From contig JAAOMT010000258.1 of NCBI GenBank assembly GCA_016748015.1, forward strand, positions 746,173 through 810,172: a stretch of 64,000 nt of DNA. The letters are read 5' to 3'. The DNA comes from Geosiphon pyriformis uo1. Taxonomy: Eukaryota; Fungi; Glomeromycota. The notes under the pieces are model-generated. The model had not been told where the DNA came from. It made no database searches and was given only the letters and a program-made list of their open reading frames with translations. Shown here one piece after another: positions 24,785 through 37,766 of the stretch. Every line of letters begins with the position of its first letter. The stretch's first letter is position 1. Both the position numbers and the translations under genes were made by a program.

Positions 24785-26119
24785 ATGCATTCAAAAATAG
24801 CTTTTTTAGGTGATTTAATTTTAGACAGCAACATTCCTTTTATTTGTTTCAAAGAATTTTCAAGCCTTGAATATACAAGTCAAGGTATCACTGGACAATT
24901 ATGGCAGGCACATTGGAAAACCAGAAATAATAAAATTACCCTTCAAAATTTTACGCATATCCTGGAAAAGCAGGAAATTAGTATTCGGGAATTCATTAAT
25001 GAGGTTGTATTCAGTGACCAAGATGAAATTTTTTAACCAACGACAGATATTTATTTTGAATTTGAAAATGTCACGGATTTCTCAAAATTGAAAGGTTAAA
25101 TCGCTGTCTAAAATTCCGAGCCATCCCAATATTATCCATTTCTTGGGAGTGACTCATGGTTTGTTATTCCGTCAAAGGGCTAAGCATTGATAAATTTATC
25201 TTATAATTCTTGAATGGTCTTCCAAAATCCAGATTCCGAAATGCAGAGATTTTTTCTTGTCTTGGAATATATGACTGGCCAAAATTTATCCCAATTTCTT
25301 GAAGAAAATCCTGACCTTGATTGGCAGCAAAAAATTGATATTGGGAAAGAAATTGCAAATAGCTTAAAACATATTCATTCAAATGGTCTTATTCATGGAG
25401 AATTGGTAGGATTCATGAAGCTCAATCATTTGAAATATTAATATTTGTATGAAAAATAGATAATTTAAATTTTTTTCTCCTTTGACTTTTATAAATTATT
25501 CCCAAAGTATCCAAGTAGAATACTTTTCGCCACAAAGAACTCACTTAAAATAACTGGTCTATGCCTTAACTCGGCGATTGAAGAAGCCGTAATCAGCAAA
25601 GCTCTTTTCGATGGCAGTATGATCTACATAGACCCTGCATTCCTTGAAAACCCAAAATACAAAAAAGTCTCAAGTTCGGATATATACAGTTTAGGAATCT
25701 TGCTTTGGGAGATCTCTAGTGGCCGACGGGCATTCTCTGTAAGTCAAAATAGAGGAATAATTCAACTAACATATGCGATAATTAACGGTGAACGCGAGGC
25801 TCCGGTTGATGGGACGCCATACGAATATGTGAGACTTTATCAAAGATGTTGGAATTCTGATCCTTTAATCCGCCCTCATATCGATGAAGTAATTGAGGCG
25901 TTGGCTACCATCAAATTATTTCAACAAATGGAAATAAAAAGTTCCAAAATGAGTGATCCTGAGAAAAATTTATCAGAAAAATCTGATACCATGCTGAAAA
26001 GTAAAAAAAGAATATTTTTCTTTCGGTCAAAGTCTATGGTCAAAAAATTATATAGATTTTGGCGACAAATCATCAAAAGGATTAGAAAGCAAATGACTGA
26101 ACGGAGAAAGTACTTGTAA
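24785..26119 (+). CDS. Identical pseudokinase copy, probably an artefactual duplicate next to the gap
   Basis: Same ORF translations as 23070-24404 at offset 1715. It lies in the contig bounded by the two N gaps. Confidence 0.45.
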
Positions 26120-26953
26120 AATCAAGTATAAATGACAACTTTCTGGGCTTTGTCACGAATTTCGTAAGAAAAACATCAGCGTGTAGAAAATGAGTATCTT
26201 TTGAAATTTCTTCAAACCAAATAATTCAATAAGTTTACAGTCATAATACTGAAGAAATTTGCATAATTTGTAATTGAAATTAAAAATTTCGGGGTTCGAA
26301 TATATCAATTTTGTTTGAATGTGAACTTTGTAATGCTAATAGCAAAAGAATATTAGAAAATTATTCAAATTCATGTTTTTCACGATGCAGCATGAGAATT
26401 TAAATGCTTTTCAAATACTTAAGATCTCGATTAACGCAAATTTAAAAATTGAGATTTTAACTTATATAAGATATGGAAAAAGTTTAATCATTAAAATGAT
26501 TTTAATTTACATGATTATTAATTTTAAAATATAACTTGCATCTCTTCAAAACTTGATATTATTATAGAAAACTTCATAAACTATTCACCTTAGCAAAGTG
26601 CATGTAAATTGCGAAATGTAAAGTTCAAGAAGTATCTTATCAGGGAGATTTTGAAAAAAAGGCATGATTTTAAATCCTTGTCCATCTAAAGTCAAGATTA
26701 TCTGTAAATTCGTCAAATCCAAAGATTCCCTTTCTAGAAACGCTATGGATAGAGAATAATAATTTCAAACTTGCCTTTTTTATATACCGTAAGTTTTTGA
26801 GCCTCAATATATTTGAATTTTCTTAACTACTTTTTGAGGGTAGATAATAAATTTTTTTAAATGCGTTGCTATTTTTCAACAATACACCTGTATAAGGATA
26901 TGAAACAAAATTAAAATTTTTTATCAAAACGAACCCTTACAAGTGTAAGAATT

Positions 26954-27013
26954 AGTCGGGCCTATCACCTTAGTGCTATTAGCACCACGCTCTACCGACT
27001 AAGCTACGAGAGC
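26954..27013 (-). pseudogene. Truncated tRNA-Ile(AAT)-like sequence (gap-duplicated copy)
   Basis: Reverse complement of 30166-30225. Identical to 28053-28112 at offset 1099. Confidence 0.55.
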
Positions 27014-27365
27014 TTTTTTATCTTACTTCATAATTTTATGAATAAAAAACTTTTCAAGCAAACTAGGAAATATTTATTCTCTAACATTGGCTTTTATCCT
27101 AACCATCACATGCTTTAAACCCTGATTAGCAAAGAATTCAATCAAAGAAAAATGTATAAACTGGGGCTTCCTACAATTAAACTTATTATGTTTAAAAAAT
27201 TCTCATCGTTATTTAAATTTGCTTTATAGTAATGATAAGAAAATCTAAACCCCTATTTATGTACCTTGATATCACTCAACCCAAATTGAAGCGTTTTGAA
27301 ATAATGCGTATAATAGACACTCTTTTAAAACCTTCTCAGGTCAGGATCAGCCCATAATTTATGAA

Positions 27366-27385
27366 NNNNNNNNNNNNNNNNNNNN
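27366..27385. other. Assembly gap (20 N)
   Basis: N run. 27386-28464 repeats 26287-27365. Confidence 0.98.
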
Positions 27386-28052
27386 TTTCGGGGTTCGAAT
27401 ATATCAATTTTGTTTGAATGTGAACTTTGTAATGCTAATAGCAAAAGAATATTAGAAAATTATTCAAATTCATGTTTTTCACGATGCAGCATGAGAATTT
27501 AAATGCTTTTCAAATACTTAAGATCTCGATTAACGCAAATTTAAAAATTGAGATTTTAACTTATATAAGATATGGAAAAAGTTTAATCATTAAAATGATT
27601 TTAATTTACATGATTATTAATTTTAAAATATAACTTGCATCTCTTCAAAACTTGATATTATTATAGAAAACTTCATAAACTATTCACCTTAGCAAAGTGC
27701 ATGTAAATTGCGAAATGTAAAGTTCAAGAAGTATCTTATCAGGGAGATTTTGAAAAAAAGGCATGATTTTAAATCCTTGTCCATCTAAAGTCAAGATTAT
27801 CTGTAAATTCGTCAAATCCAAAGATTCCCTTTCTAGAAACGCTATGGATAGAGAATAATAATTTCAAACTTGCCTTTTTTATATACCGTAAGTTTTTGAG
27901 CCTCAATATATTTGAATTTTCTTAACTACTTTTTGAGGGTAGATAATAAATTTTTTTAAATGCGTTGCTATTTTTCAACAATACACCTGTATAAGGATAT
28001 GAAACAAAATTAAAATTTTTTATCAAAACGAACCCTTACAAGTGTAAGAATT

Positions 28053-28112
28053 AGTCGGGCCTATCACCTTAGTGCTATTAGCACCACGCTCTACCGACTA
28101 AGCTACGAGAGC
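28053..28112 (-). pseudogene. Truncated tRNA-Ile(AAT)-like sequence
   Basis: Reverse complement of 30166-30225. Confidence 0.7.
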
Positions 28113-28423
28113 TTTTTTATCTTACTTCATAATTTTATGAATAAAAAACTTTTCAAGCAAACTAGGAAATATTTATTCTCTAACATTGGCTTTTATCCTA
28201 ACCATCACATGCTTTAAACCCTGATTAGCAAAGAATTCAATCAAAGAAAAATGTATAAACTGGGGCTTCCTACAATTAAACTTATTATGTTTAAAAAATT
28301 CTCATCGTTATTTAAATTTGCTTTATAGTAATGATAAGAAAATCTAAACCCCTATTTATGTACCTTGATATCACTCAACCCAAATTGAAGCGTTTTGAAA
28401 TAATGCGTATAATAGACACTCTT

Positions 28424-28705
28424 TTAAAACCTTCTCAGGTCAGGATCAGCCCATAATTTATGAAACATTGCAAATGTGGCGCCTCCAAGTCCGGCCGTAA
28501 CGACAACCCCAAGCGGTAACAATTCAGGTGGAAAATTTCGTATAGCATGACGAATACGATGCGAAAGAGGAAGAGGATCACGCGCCCAAATTCTTTCCCC
28601 ATATTTTTTTTTATAATCGGGTTGAGTGGCGCCTTGGGTGAGGGTCTGGTTTGGAGGGCTTTTTTGGCCATGAGGAGCTATATCTTCATTACTTCTTGGC
28701 ATCAT
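28424..28705 (-). CDS. NDUFA4/B12D (MLRQ)-like small membrane protein with N-terminal extension
   Basis: The C-terminal PPELLPLGVVVTAGLGGATFAMFHKLWADPDLR matches the P-E-L-x-P-L...TM...K-L-x-x-D-P-D pattern of fungal NDUFA4-like proteins. Confidence 0.75.
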   Translation of the reverse strand: MMPRSNEDIAPHGQKSPPNQTLTQGATQPDYKKKYGERIWARDPLPLSHRIRHAIRNFPPELLPLGVVVTAGLGGATFAMFHKLWADPDLRRF

Positions 28706-29572
28706 CTCTTATAGGCTTATGAAGAATCAATCCTTTAAGCAAAGCCAAAACGTGAACTTTTGAGAGATAATATTTAGCTCTTTTAACTTGAATTTTAAAA
28801 GCGAAAAACTTTGATCTATCAAAAAATCTAATCATATTTCAATCATAAGACCTAACGACGATGATACAATTTTGACGAAATAAGCTTGATGACGTAATAA
28901 ACTGAAACTATTTATGTTGAGATGTGACGAAAATGAACTTTGAATTGAATGAAGCCTCTTTGATAAATTTTTTCCTTAAAAAAAAGTAATTAATATGCTA
29001 TTTTATCGTGTGAGCCCTAAAAATTTGCCAAGTCCTCTTCATTGTCTATTTTAGGTATTTCTATCAAGATTTCTCTACTAGGTTAATTGAAATATTCAAT
29101 TGATATACCTCTATTTTTAACATTTGATATATATCAATAATTTGTTTTATAATTAATATTTGCTAATGTTAAATTGATTCTGTCTAAAATATACCTATTT
29201 TGTTTTATGATATAAGGGTAAACAAATCTAACCTGTAAATGTTCAAAAAAATTCTATATTAATTTTTTTATTTAAGGTATAACAAAGGTTTTAATAAAAT
29301 CTAAAATTTTGTCATAAACATCAATTAGTTTTCATCTCATTCCCAAAATCCCTTGACATAAATAATTTCAGTTTATTGCGTCAAAATTGTATCATTGCCG
29401 TTAGTTCTTATGATTGAAATGTGATTGGCTTTTTGATAGATGAAAAGTTTCTCGGTTTTTAAAATTCAAGTTAAAAGAGCTTCTTGCATTCGATTATTTA
29501 ATTATTCTATTTCTTAAAAGTTCAACATTTTGGCTTTGCTTAAAATATTAATTTTTTATAAGCCTGTAAAAG

Positions 29573-29854
29573 ATGACGCCAAGCAGTAATGAAGATATAG
29601 CTCCTCATGGCCAAAAAAAACCTTTAAACCACACCCTCACCCAAGGCGCCACTCAACTAGATTATAAAAAAAAATATGGGGAAAGAATTTGGGCGCATGA
29701 TCCTCTTCCTCTTTCGGATCGTATTCGTCATGTTATCCGAAATTTTCCACCTGAATTATTACCGCTTGTGGTTGTCGTTACGGCCGGACTTGGAGGCGCC
29801 ACATTTGCAATCATTCATAAATTATGGGCTGATCCTGACCTGAGAAGGTTTTAA
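29573..29854 (+). CDS. NDUFA4/B12D-like protein, diverged inverted paralogue
   Basis: 93 aa, collinear with 28424-28705, with several substitutions in the 5' part and an identical 3' end. Confidence 0.75.
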   Translation: MTPSSNEDIAPHGQKKPLNHTLTQGATQLDYKKKYGERIWAHDPLPLSDRIRHVIRNFPPELLPLVVVVTAGLGGATFAIIHKLWADPDLRRF

Positions 29855-30165
29855 AAGAGTGTCTATTATACGCATTATTTCAAAACGCTTCAATTTGGGT
29901 TGAGTGATATCAAGGTACATAAATAGGGGTTTAGATTTTCTTATCATTACTATAAAGCAAATTTAAATAACGATGAGAATTTTTTAAACATAATAAGTTT
30001 AATTGTAGGAAGCCCCAGTTTATACATTTTTCTTTGATTGAATTCTTTGCTAATCAGGGTTTAAAGCATGTGATGGTTAGGATAAAAGCCAATGTTAGAG
30101 AATAAATATTTCCTAGTTTGCTTGAAAAGTTTTTTATTCATAAAATTATGAAGTAAGATAAAAAA

Positions 30166-30225
30166 GCTCTCGTAGCTTAGTCGGTAGAGCGTGGTGCTAA
30201 TAGCACTAAGGTGATAGGCCCGACT
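30166..30225 (+). pseudogene. Truncated tRNA-Ile(AAT)-like sequence
   Basis: GCTCTCG TA GCTT AGTCGGTA GAGC G TGGTG CTAATAG CACTA AGGTG ATAGG CCCGACT. The D arm and anticodon arm (AAT) pair, the T loop has CC for TT, and the 3' T-stem and acceptor strand are missing. Confidence 0.72.
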
Positions 30226-31059
30226 AATTCTTACACTTGTAAGGGTTCGTTTTGATAAAAAATTTTAATTTTGTTTCATATCCTTATACAGGTGTATTGT
30301 TGAAAAATAGCAACGCATTTAAAAAAATTTATTATCTACCCTCAAAAAGTAGTTAAGAAAATTCAAATATATTGAGGCTCAAAAACTTACGGTATATAAA
30401 AAAGGCAAGTTTGAAATTATTATTCTCTATCCATAGCGTTTCTAGAAAGGGAATCTTTGGATTTGACGAATTTACAGATAATCTTGACTTTAGATGGACA
30501 AGGATTTAAAATCATGCCTTTTTTTCAAAATCTCCCTGATAAGATACTTCTTGAACTTTACATTTCGCAATTTACATGCACTTTGCTAAGGTGAATAGTT
30601 TATGAAGTTTTCTATAATAATATCAAGTTTTGAAGAGATGCAAGTTATATTTTAAAATTAATAATCATGTAAATTAAAATCATTTTAATGATTAAACTTT
30701 TTCCATATCTTATATAAGTTAAAATCTCAATTTTTAAATTTGCGTTAATCGAGATCTTAAGTATTTGAAAAGCATTTAAATTCTCATGCTGCATCGTGAA
30801 AAACATGAATTTGAATAATTTTCTAATATTCTTTTGCTATTAGCATTACAAAGTTCACATTCAAACAAAATTGATATATTCGAACCCCGAAATTTTTAAT
30901 TTCAATTACAAATTATGCAAATTTCTTCAGTATTATGACTGTAAACTTATTGAATTATTTGGTTTGAAGAAATTTCAAAAGATACTCATTTTCTACACGC
31001 TGATGTTTTTCTTACGAAATTCGTGACAAAGCCCAGAAAGTTGTCATTTATACTTGATT

Positions 31060-32394
31060 TTACAAGTACTTTCTCCGTTCAGTCATTTGCTTTCTAATCC
31101 TTTTGATGATTTGTCGCCAAAATCTATATAATTTTTTGACCATAGACTTTGACCGAAAGAAAAATATTCTTTTTTTACTTTTCAGCATGGTATCAGATTT
31201 TTCTGATAAATTTTTCTCAGGATCACTCATTTTGGAACTTTTTATTTCCATTTGTTGAAATAATTTGATGGTAGCCAACGCCTCAATTACTTCATCGATA
31301 TGAGGGCGGATTAAAGGATCAGAATTCCAACATCTTTGATAAAGTCTCACATATTCGTATGGCGTCCCATCAACCGGAGCCTCGCGTTCACCGTTAATTA
31401 TCGCATATGTTAGTTGAATTATTCCTCTATTTTGACTTACAGAGAATGCCCGTCGGCCACTAGAGATCTCCCAAAGCAAGATTCCTAAACTGTATATATC
31501 CGAACTTGAGACTTTTTTGTATTTTGGGTTTTCAAGGAATGCAGGGTCTATGTAGATCATACTGCCATCGAAAAGAGCTTTGCTGATTACGGCTTCTTCA
31601 ATCGCCGAGTTAAGGCATAGACCAGTTATTTTAAGTGAGTTCTTTGTGGCGAAAAGTATTCTACTTGGATACTTTGGGAATAATTTATAAAAGTCAAAGG
31701 AGAAAAAAATTTAAATTATCTATTTTTCATACAAATATTAATATTTCAAATGATTGAGCTTCATGAATCCTACCAATTCTCCATGAATAAGACCATTTGA
31801 ATGAATATGTTTTAAGCTATTTGCAATTTCTTTCCCAATATCAATTTTTTGCTGCCAATCAAGGTCAGGATTTTCTTCAAGAAATTGGGATAAATTTTGG
31901 CCAGTCATATATTCCAAGACAAGAAAAAATCTCTGCATTTCGGAATCTGGATTTTGGAAGACCATTCAAGAATTATAAGATAAATTTATCAATGCTTAGC
32001 CCTTTGACGGAATAACAAACCATGAGTCACTCCCAAGAAATGGATAATATTGGGATGGCTCGGAATTTTAGACAGCGATTTAACCTTTCAATTTTGAGAA
32101 ATCCGTGACATTTTCAAATTCAAAATAAATATCTGTCGTTGGTTAAAAAATTTCATCTTGGTCACTGAATACAACCTCATTAATGAATTCCCGAATACTA
32201 ATTTCCTGCTTTTCCAGGATATGCGTAAAATTTTGAAGGGTAATTTTATTATTTCTGGTTTTCCAATGTGCCTGCCATAATTGTCCAGTGATACCTTGAC
32301 TTGTATATTCAAGGCTTGAAAATTCTTTGAAACAAATAAAAGGAATGTTGCTGTCTAAAATTAAATCACCTAAAAAAGCTATTTTTGAATGCAT
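31060..32394 (-). CDS. TKL-derived pseudokinase (right arm copy)
   Basis: Inverted copy of 23070-24404 with identical ORF translations. Confidence 0.88.
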
Positions 32395-33982
32395 CTCAGG
32401 TTGGGTTAAATCTTTCAATTTTGTTGATTCTATAATTCTTGATCGCAAAAACCCACATTTAAATATGAAAATTGCTTTGTTTTTGATGCATACATGATTT
32501 GATGAATCAAATGAAGTTTGGTATTTATTCATTGTTTACATTACCATTTTGAAATAAAAAGGCCGGAACAAATTTCGTAGGGGCACACACATGATCTTTA
32601 ATTTAACCATTTTAAGAATGTTAAAAAGCAACTCTAGTAATATGTTATTTGGGTTAGAAATGATATTTTTATGATTTTGATCTTGTGAATATTCTTTTAA
32701 TTGTCAAAATTGTGTTGATAATGACAATTTCCAAAATGAAATTTAATTAGCTATATTTAAATTTGAATTGTAAATAAAAAATTTTATTGTGTTTGTTCAC
32801 AACAAACCTTTGACAAAAATGCGAAAATCGAAATGTTTTTTTTATCATCAGAATGTAACCAGACCTCAAAATTCAGAGTCTCAAGAGAAATTAGTTTAAT
32901 AAATCGTTAACATCGCTATATATATAACGGTTTTGAACTCTGTGATTGCCAGGCGTGTGTATCTGTATATTATCAAAATATTCTTTTGGCTGTCAATTTC
33001 AAAATATTGGAACTAATCCAGTTTCAAATTTGGAAAATCACTCGTGAATTTAATTTGTCTATTTATTTTTTGATGTTTCAAGGTCCAAAAGTTTTAACTT
33101 TATAAAGAAAATTTTAAAGAAAAATATGTCCACAGCAATGAGAATAAAACAGCAAGAGCTCGAGAACTAGCAAAGTCCCTAAATTCTAATATATATATAT
33201 TTTTAAAAATCCTCTTGGTAAAACTTAATCAAAACTGTTAGCAAGAAATTCATCATCGCGAATTGGGATAAAAAAATGATTTAAAACAGAGGGACTGATA
33301 CAAGCAAAGACAAATGGTTGCATATAAAGCATTAATGCTTCAAATATTCTTGATTTTCCAAATCAAACTTTAAAAATATGGCGAAAATGCAATTTTATTT
33401 TTCACTTTCGAAATTGTGCTCATAGTTAAAAATAGAGGATTTTAAAACCACCAAATAAACTATTTGCTATTATTAAAGAAATTCCTATCACCTGAACTTA
33501 CATTTTTCAGTAAACTATCTCTTCACCGAGAGCGGGATTTAGAAATATCTACGGAATCCGCAATTTTTTAATAAAAGACCAGTCGGAAAAATAGTTTTTT
33601 CAAATATAATGGTTTTCAGCAAACGCTGAGCTATTTATTATTAGAAATCACCTCTATGTCCTGCATATTTTTCAGTTTCGCATTTTGCAAATATGCATAT
33701 TGTTTCATTTAATATATCCTTTTTTCTTTTGCGGCGCTACTGTGCACTACAGCTGCAAAATATAAAAACTTTTTAATGATGAAATCTGCATTAAATGCCG
33801 ATCGTTAAGAATTACTTAAAAAGAGTTTTTTTATTTAAATTCCTCTATCCTTCCGCGTTGTCACGCGCACCTGCCCCTTTCATTTCTGTCTCTTTTTACA
33901 TAAATAAAACAAAATTCATTCATTCGCTTTAAATCACGGCGTGTTTTTTCACATAAAATATTTGAATAGGCTATTTATCACC

Positions 33983-36718
33983 GTGTCCTCTAAAAAAAAT
34001 TGAATGGCTATATCAAGAAATAGAAAATGATGAAATTAATTGTATTCCTTTCATTACATTTCGAAATGTTCAATAAAAACGTTGGGCGGTAATGGAGAGA
34101 TTTGGAGTGCCGAATGTGACAAATATGGACATATCGCTTTAAAATGTTTTAAAAACAGTCTTCAAATCTCCTCGGATGAACAATTCATGCATTTCATTAC
34201 CGAAGTATGATTTGTTTTACTGAATATATGAGATCAATTAAAAAATTAAAAATTTTTCCTTCTTTTGAATATACAGTTGAAAAATTTGAAGAAAGTCGAA
34301 GATCACATAATGTGATTAAATTCCATGGTATTAGCTTCAGTATGTTTAGCAAATGTCTCTTTTTTAGTTATTTATTACCCTTTTTCGGTTTATATCAACC
34401 ATTGCTAACGAAATTTTGATAATCCATCAAAAATTTTATAGATGAAATAGATAACAAGTGCAATTCGCGAAAAATGGTACCCTTCGAGATTACTTGCAAA
34501 AGAATAAGGGAAAGCTTTCGTGGGCTAAAAATATTGAACTTGCATTACAAATTGCATCTAGTCTTTGTCACATATATGCCGCAGGTATTGCTCATCGAGA
34601 TTTAGTAAGTTTTTCTTGTATCAGTCAAAAGATTGGGTTATTTTCTATTTAATTTATCAATAAACTATTTATACCATTGCAGCATTCTAAAAACATCTTG
34701 GTACATGATGATGTTATAAAAATTGCAGATCTAGGTCTTTCAAGAATTGTTGACGAAAAACAATCATCTACATCCAGATTTGGTGGAATTATTGCCTATA
34801 CCGATCCATATCATCTTTATGACTCAAAATTCAAACGCGATAAAATCATCCGACATTTACAGCCTAGGTGTTATCCTCTGGGAAATATCAAGCTGCAGTC
34901 AAAAACCCTGGTATCGGACTTTATCATTTGGCTAGAAAAATTATTGAAGGTGAACGTGAAACACCTGTGGCAGGAACACCTTCAGATTACGTTCGACTGT
35001 ATAGAAACTGTTGGCGTTGTGATTCTATCCAACGACCACTTATTGAAGAAGTGATAAGAAAACTTGGCGAAATTAATTTGGAGGATGTTCACGATTCCCC
35101 AGGTCCACAACATGATATACAGTTCATTCTTCGAGATACTGGTATTTATTTATTTTTTAACTTATCAGAAGATCAAAATCGAGTAGGCTAAATCAGATTA
35201 AACCTCTTTTTTAGAGGGATCTGAAGATAGTCTCACCGATAGTTTTCCCAACAGTGGTCTCAATGATAATTGCTTGATTAAGAAATCTCCCAAGGGTTTT
35301 TGGAAATCACGTAGCACATTTAATATTAGTTCAATATGTAGGTGTCATAGAGATATTCTTTTCTAGCCGAAGATCAAAGACCTTTAATAAATTTAATCTT
35401 CTTTTATAGTTACTATTGCAAGAACTTCAAGGCCAAAGTACTTGGCTCTGCCTAGTCTAGCAGAAAAAGCTGAGGTAGTTATTTTTATTCATCTATTCAA
35501 TAGTTTAATAAAATTTTGGCTCAAATCATATTTAATTTCTTTGGAAAATATCTCCTTTATACAGGAATAACCTTGCAAAATTGTCTAGAAATCTGCAAAA
35601 TGCACGACAAACTTGATATTACAAATTGCCATGCAGGTTATCACATCATATGTGGAGATCCCAAAGGACTTCGATGGCATCTCCAACAAGAACAATTTGA
35701 CCTCAAAATTGAGTACGAGCTTACTATGGCCCATTAATCAATCAAACTATCCCTAATTCTATTAACAGCCCGATATGGCAACAAAAATAGCATTTTAGAA
35801 ATGTTCCGAAATCTTGCACAATTTAAAGTTGAAGCATTGGTCTCAGACAAAGGACAAACAGCATTGCACCACTTAATTGACAACGATAACCTTTTTCTTT
35901 CGACTGAAAATGAATCGACTCAACCTTGTACAACTTTTATTCATGCTGCACAATGGCTTGTCAACCAGCACCATATTGGCATTAATGTAGCTGATTGTCA
36001 GGATCTAACACCATTAAATCTTCTTTTGAAAAAGAGACTTTCTACAATAACAAGTGAGACAATAGATGGAATGTTAAAACTTGGCGCCAACCCAAGACTC
36101 GAGTCAACATTTTGTGCCCCATTACAAATCATTCTGGTTCAAATTTCCCAAAATCCACAATTGACAAATGACATGACTAGAATAGTTGAGATCATGTCAA
36201 AACTTATTGAATTCAAGGCAGATCCAAATTCACCTATAGCGCCATTTGATAAATTGCCCCAACTGCTAAATGCTTTATTCCCAGCAATGCATTTGAAAAA
36301 TAATCGAGACATAATTATGTTATTTCTGAAATCAGATGTTGACGTATGGGCCAAAACAAAAGACGGATTTAATGCGTTAGCAAATGCAGTAAAATTGAAC
36401 CGTATTGATCTAATCGAGCTTCTATTTGAGCAGAAACGCGAACTTTTTTCACCAGAAAGCATGAAATCTGCTTTGAAACTTACTTGCTGGCGGAACAGAG
36501 AGGCAAGAAAAATTCTGAATGCTTCGGCTTTTAAAGGCATCGAAATTTCCCAAAATCATCCACGGCTCGTCAAAAACGCGTTATGGCGAAGATTTATATG
36601 TTGGAAGGCGAGATCCAGTTTTCCAAAAGAGAATCCTCAAGAACAGGAAACTAGTCCGAGACGAAATTTACCAAGCGAGGTAAACGTTAATCAATTCTTT
36701 TTAAAGAACCCGGTTTGA
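33983..36718 (+). pseudogene. TKL kinase-ankyrin repeat gene, disabled
   Basis: GGNGEIW, IALK, IAHRDL|HSKNIL, KIADLGL and SDIYSLGVILWEISS, followed by ankyrin repeats (GQTALHHL, DLTPLNLL, LGANP, GFNALANAV). It has GTG at the start position, stops near 34073 and 35735, and frameshifts that scatter the kinase C-lobe over three frames. Confidence 0.85.
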
Positions 36719-37766
36719 CAGAAAATGACCTTGCCACCCTCTTATCTGATGATTAATGCTCTCAACGGTGACAGAAAAAGGATTATGATATTTAGTAGAT
36801 TTCTAATCCTCCTTCCTTATTTGTGTCAAATAAAATTTAGGAAGGCATTTCAAACCATATGATACTTTGAAATGGCCACTTTTTAAAAGCATATTTTATT
36901 TTGATATCCAATTCTTTCGCCTTTACTCTCGATCAATAACTCGCAACGCGCGACATTGAATTTATTAAATTGATTGATGTAATTATTGGTTGGCTGCAAT
37001 TTTCCTTTCAGAATTTTCTAGTTATACTATCGGAATTCTGTGTATCTCTAAACAAAGGAAGGAATGAATGAATTATTCTGGTGACCAAAGCAGCTTGAAT
37101 GACTCAAATAGCAAATAAAATATCACTCTTAACATTAATCATAAGTTTTGATGTAATGAATGTTACTTTTTTCGATTAACTCAAAAATAAAAGCAGTTTG
37201 AAAACTTTTGTGTTCTGTTCTTAAGATGATTCAGATAATTGATAAACAGCTATTCAAATATTGGATTGAGAATTCAAAATCAAAAAAAGTAGTAATTGGT
37301 AAAAGTGATGAACAAAGTAATTAATTTATAAAAGTGTTTTTTTTGTTATTAGTTTCAAAGTAGGTTTGATCAAAAAAGTGAATAGAATAGAATATATGCC
37401 TTTCAGATGAGTGTTAATTAAGAAAACTACTTTTTAAGAATCTTGCAATTGTTCACTGAATTGTTCTTTAACTGGATCAAAAACTAAACAAATAAAAAAA
37501 TGGGTTTGATTTAATTTAAAATATTTTTCAGTTTTTTGAATAAAATATATAATCACTTATAGAATAAACAACACAATATATTTGACAATTTTACAGAGAA
37601 CAATAATTAATCAACAAAAAATAATTTAAAAACCAAATTAAATGTGTAAGTTATTTAATTAAAGAAATTAATCTCAAAATCTTAATTTTAATTATTTGAT
37701 TAATCATTTTTCTTTAATCCGTGATTTGATGAAAATTAATATAATACGATAAACTAGTAAATCTTT

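Larger units (their letters stand above)
29814..32491 (-). repeat. Right arm of a large inverted repeat (2,678-bp identical core)
   Basis: Reverse complement of 24688-27365 (equivalently 22973 onward). Diverged inverted homology continues on both sides. Confidence 0.92.

Noticed and set aside
24688-26382. Third (tandem) pseudokinase copy as a real gene amplification
   Set aside because: It is an exact overlap across a 20-N gap that coincides with the collapsed repeat contig, so most likely artefactual.
36139-36540. Antisense ORFs over real genes (also 10008-10283, 13402-13602, 23449-23667, 46511-46840, 48577-48963)
   Set aside because: These are shadow frames of coding sequence on the opposite strand.
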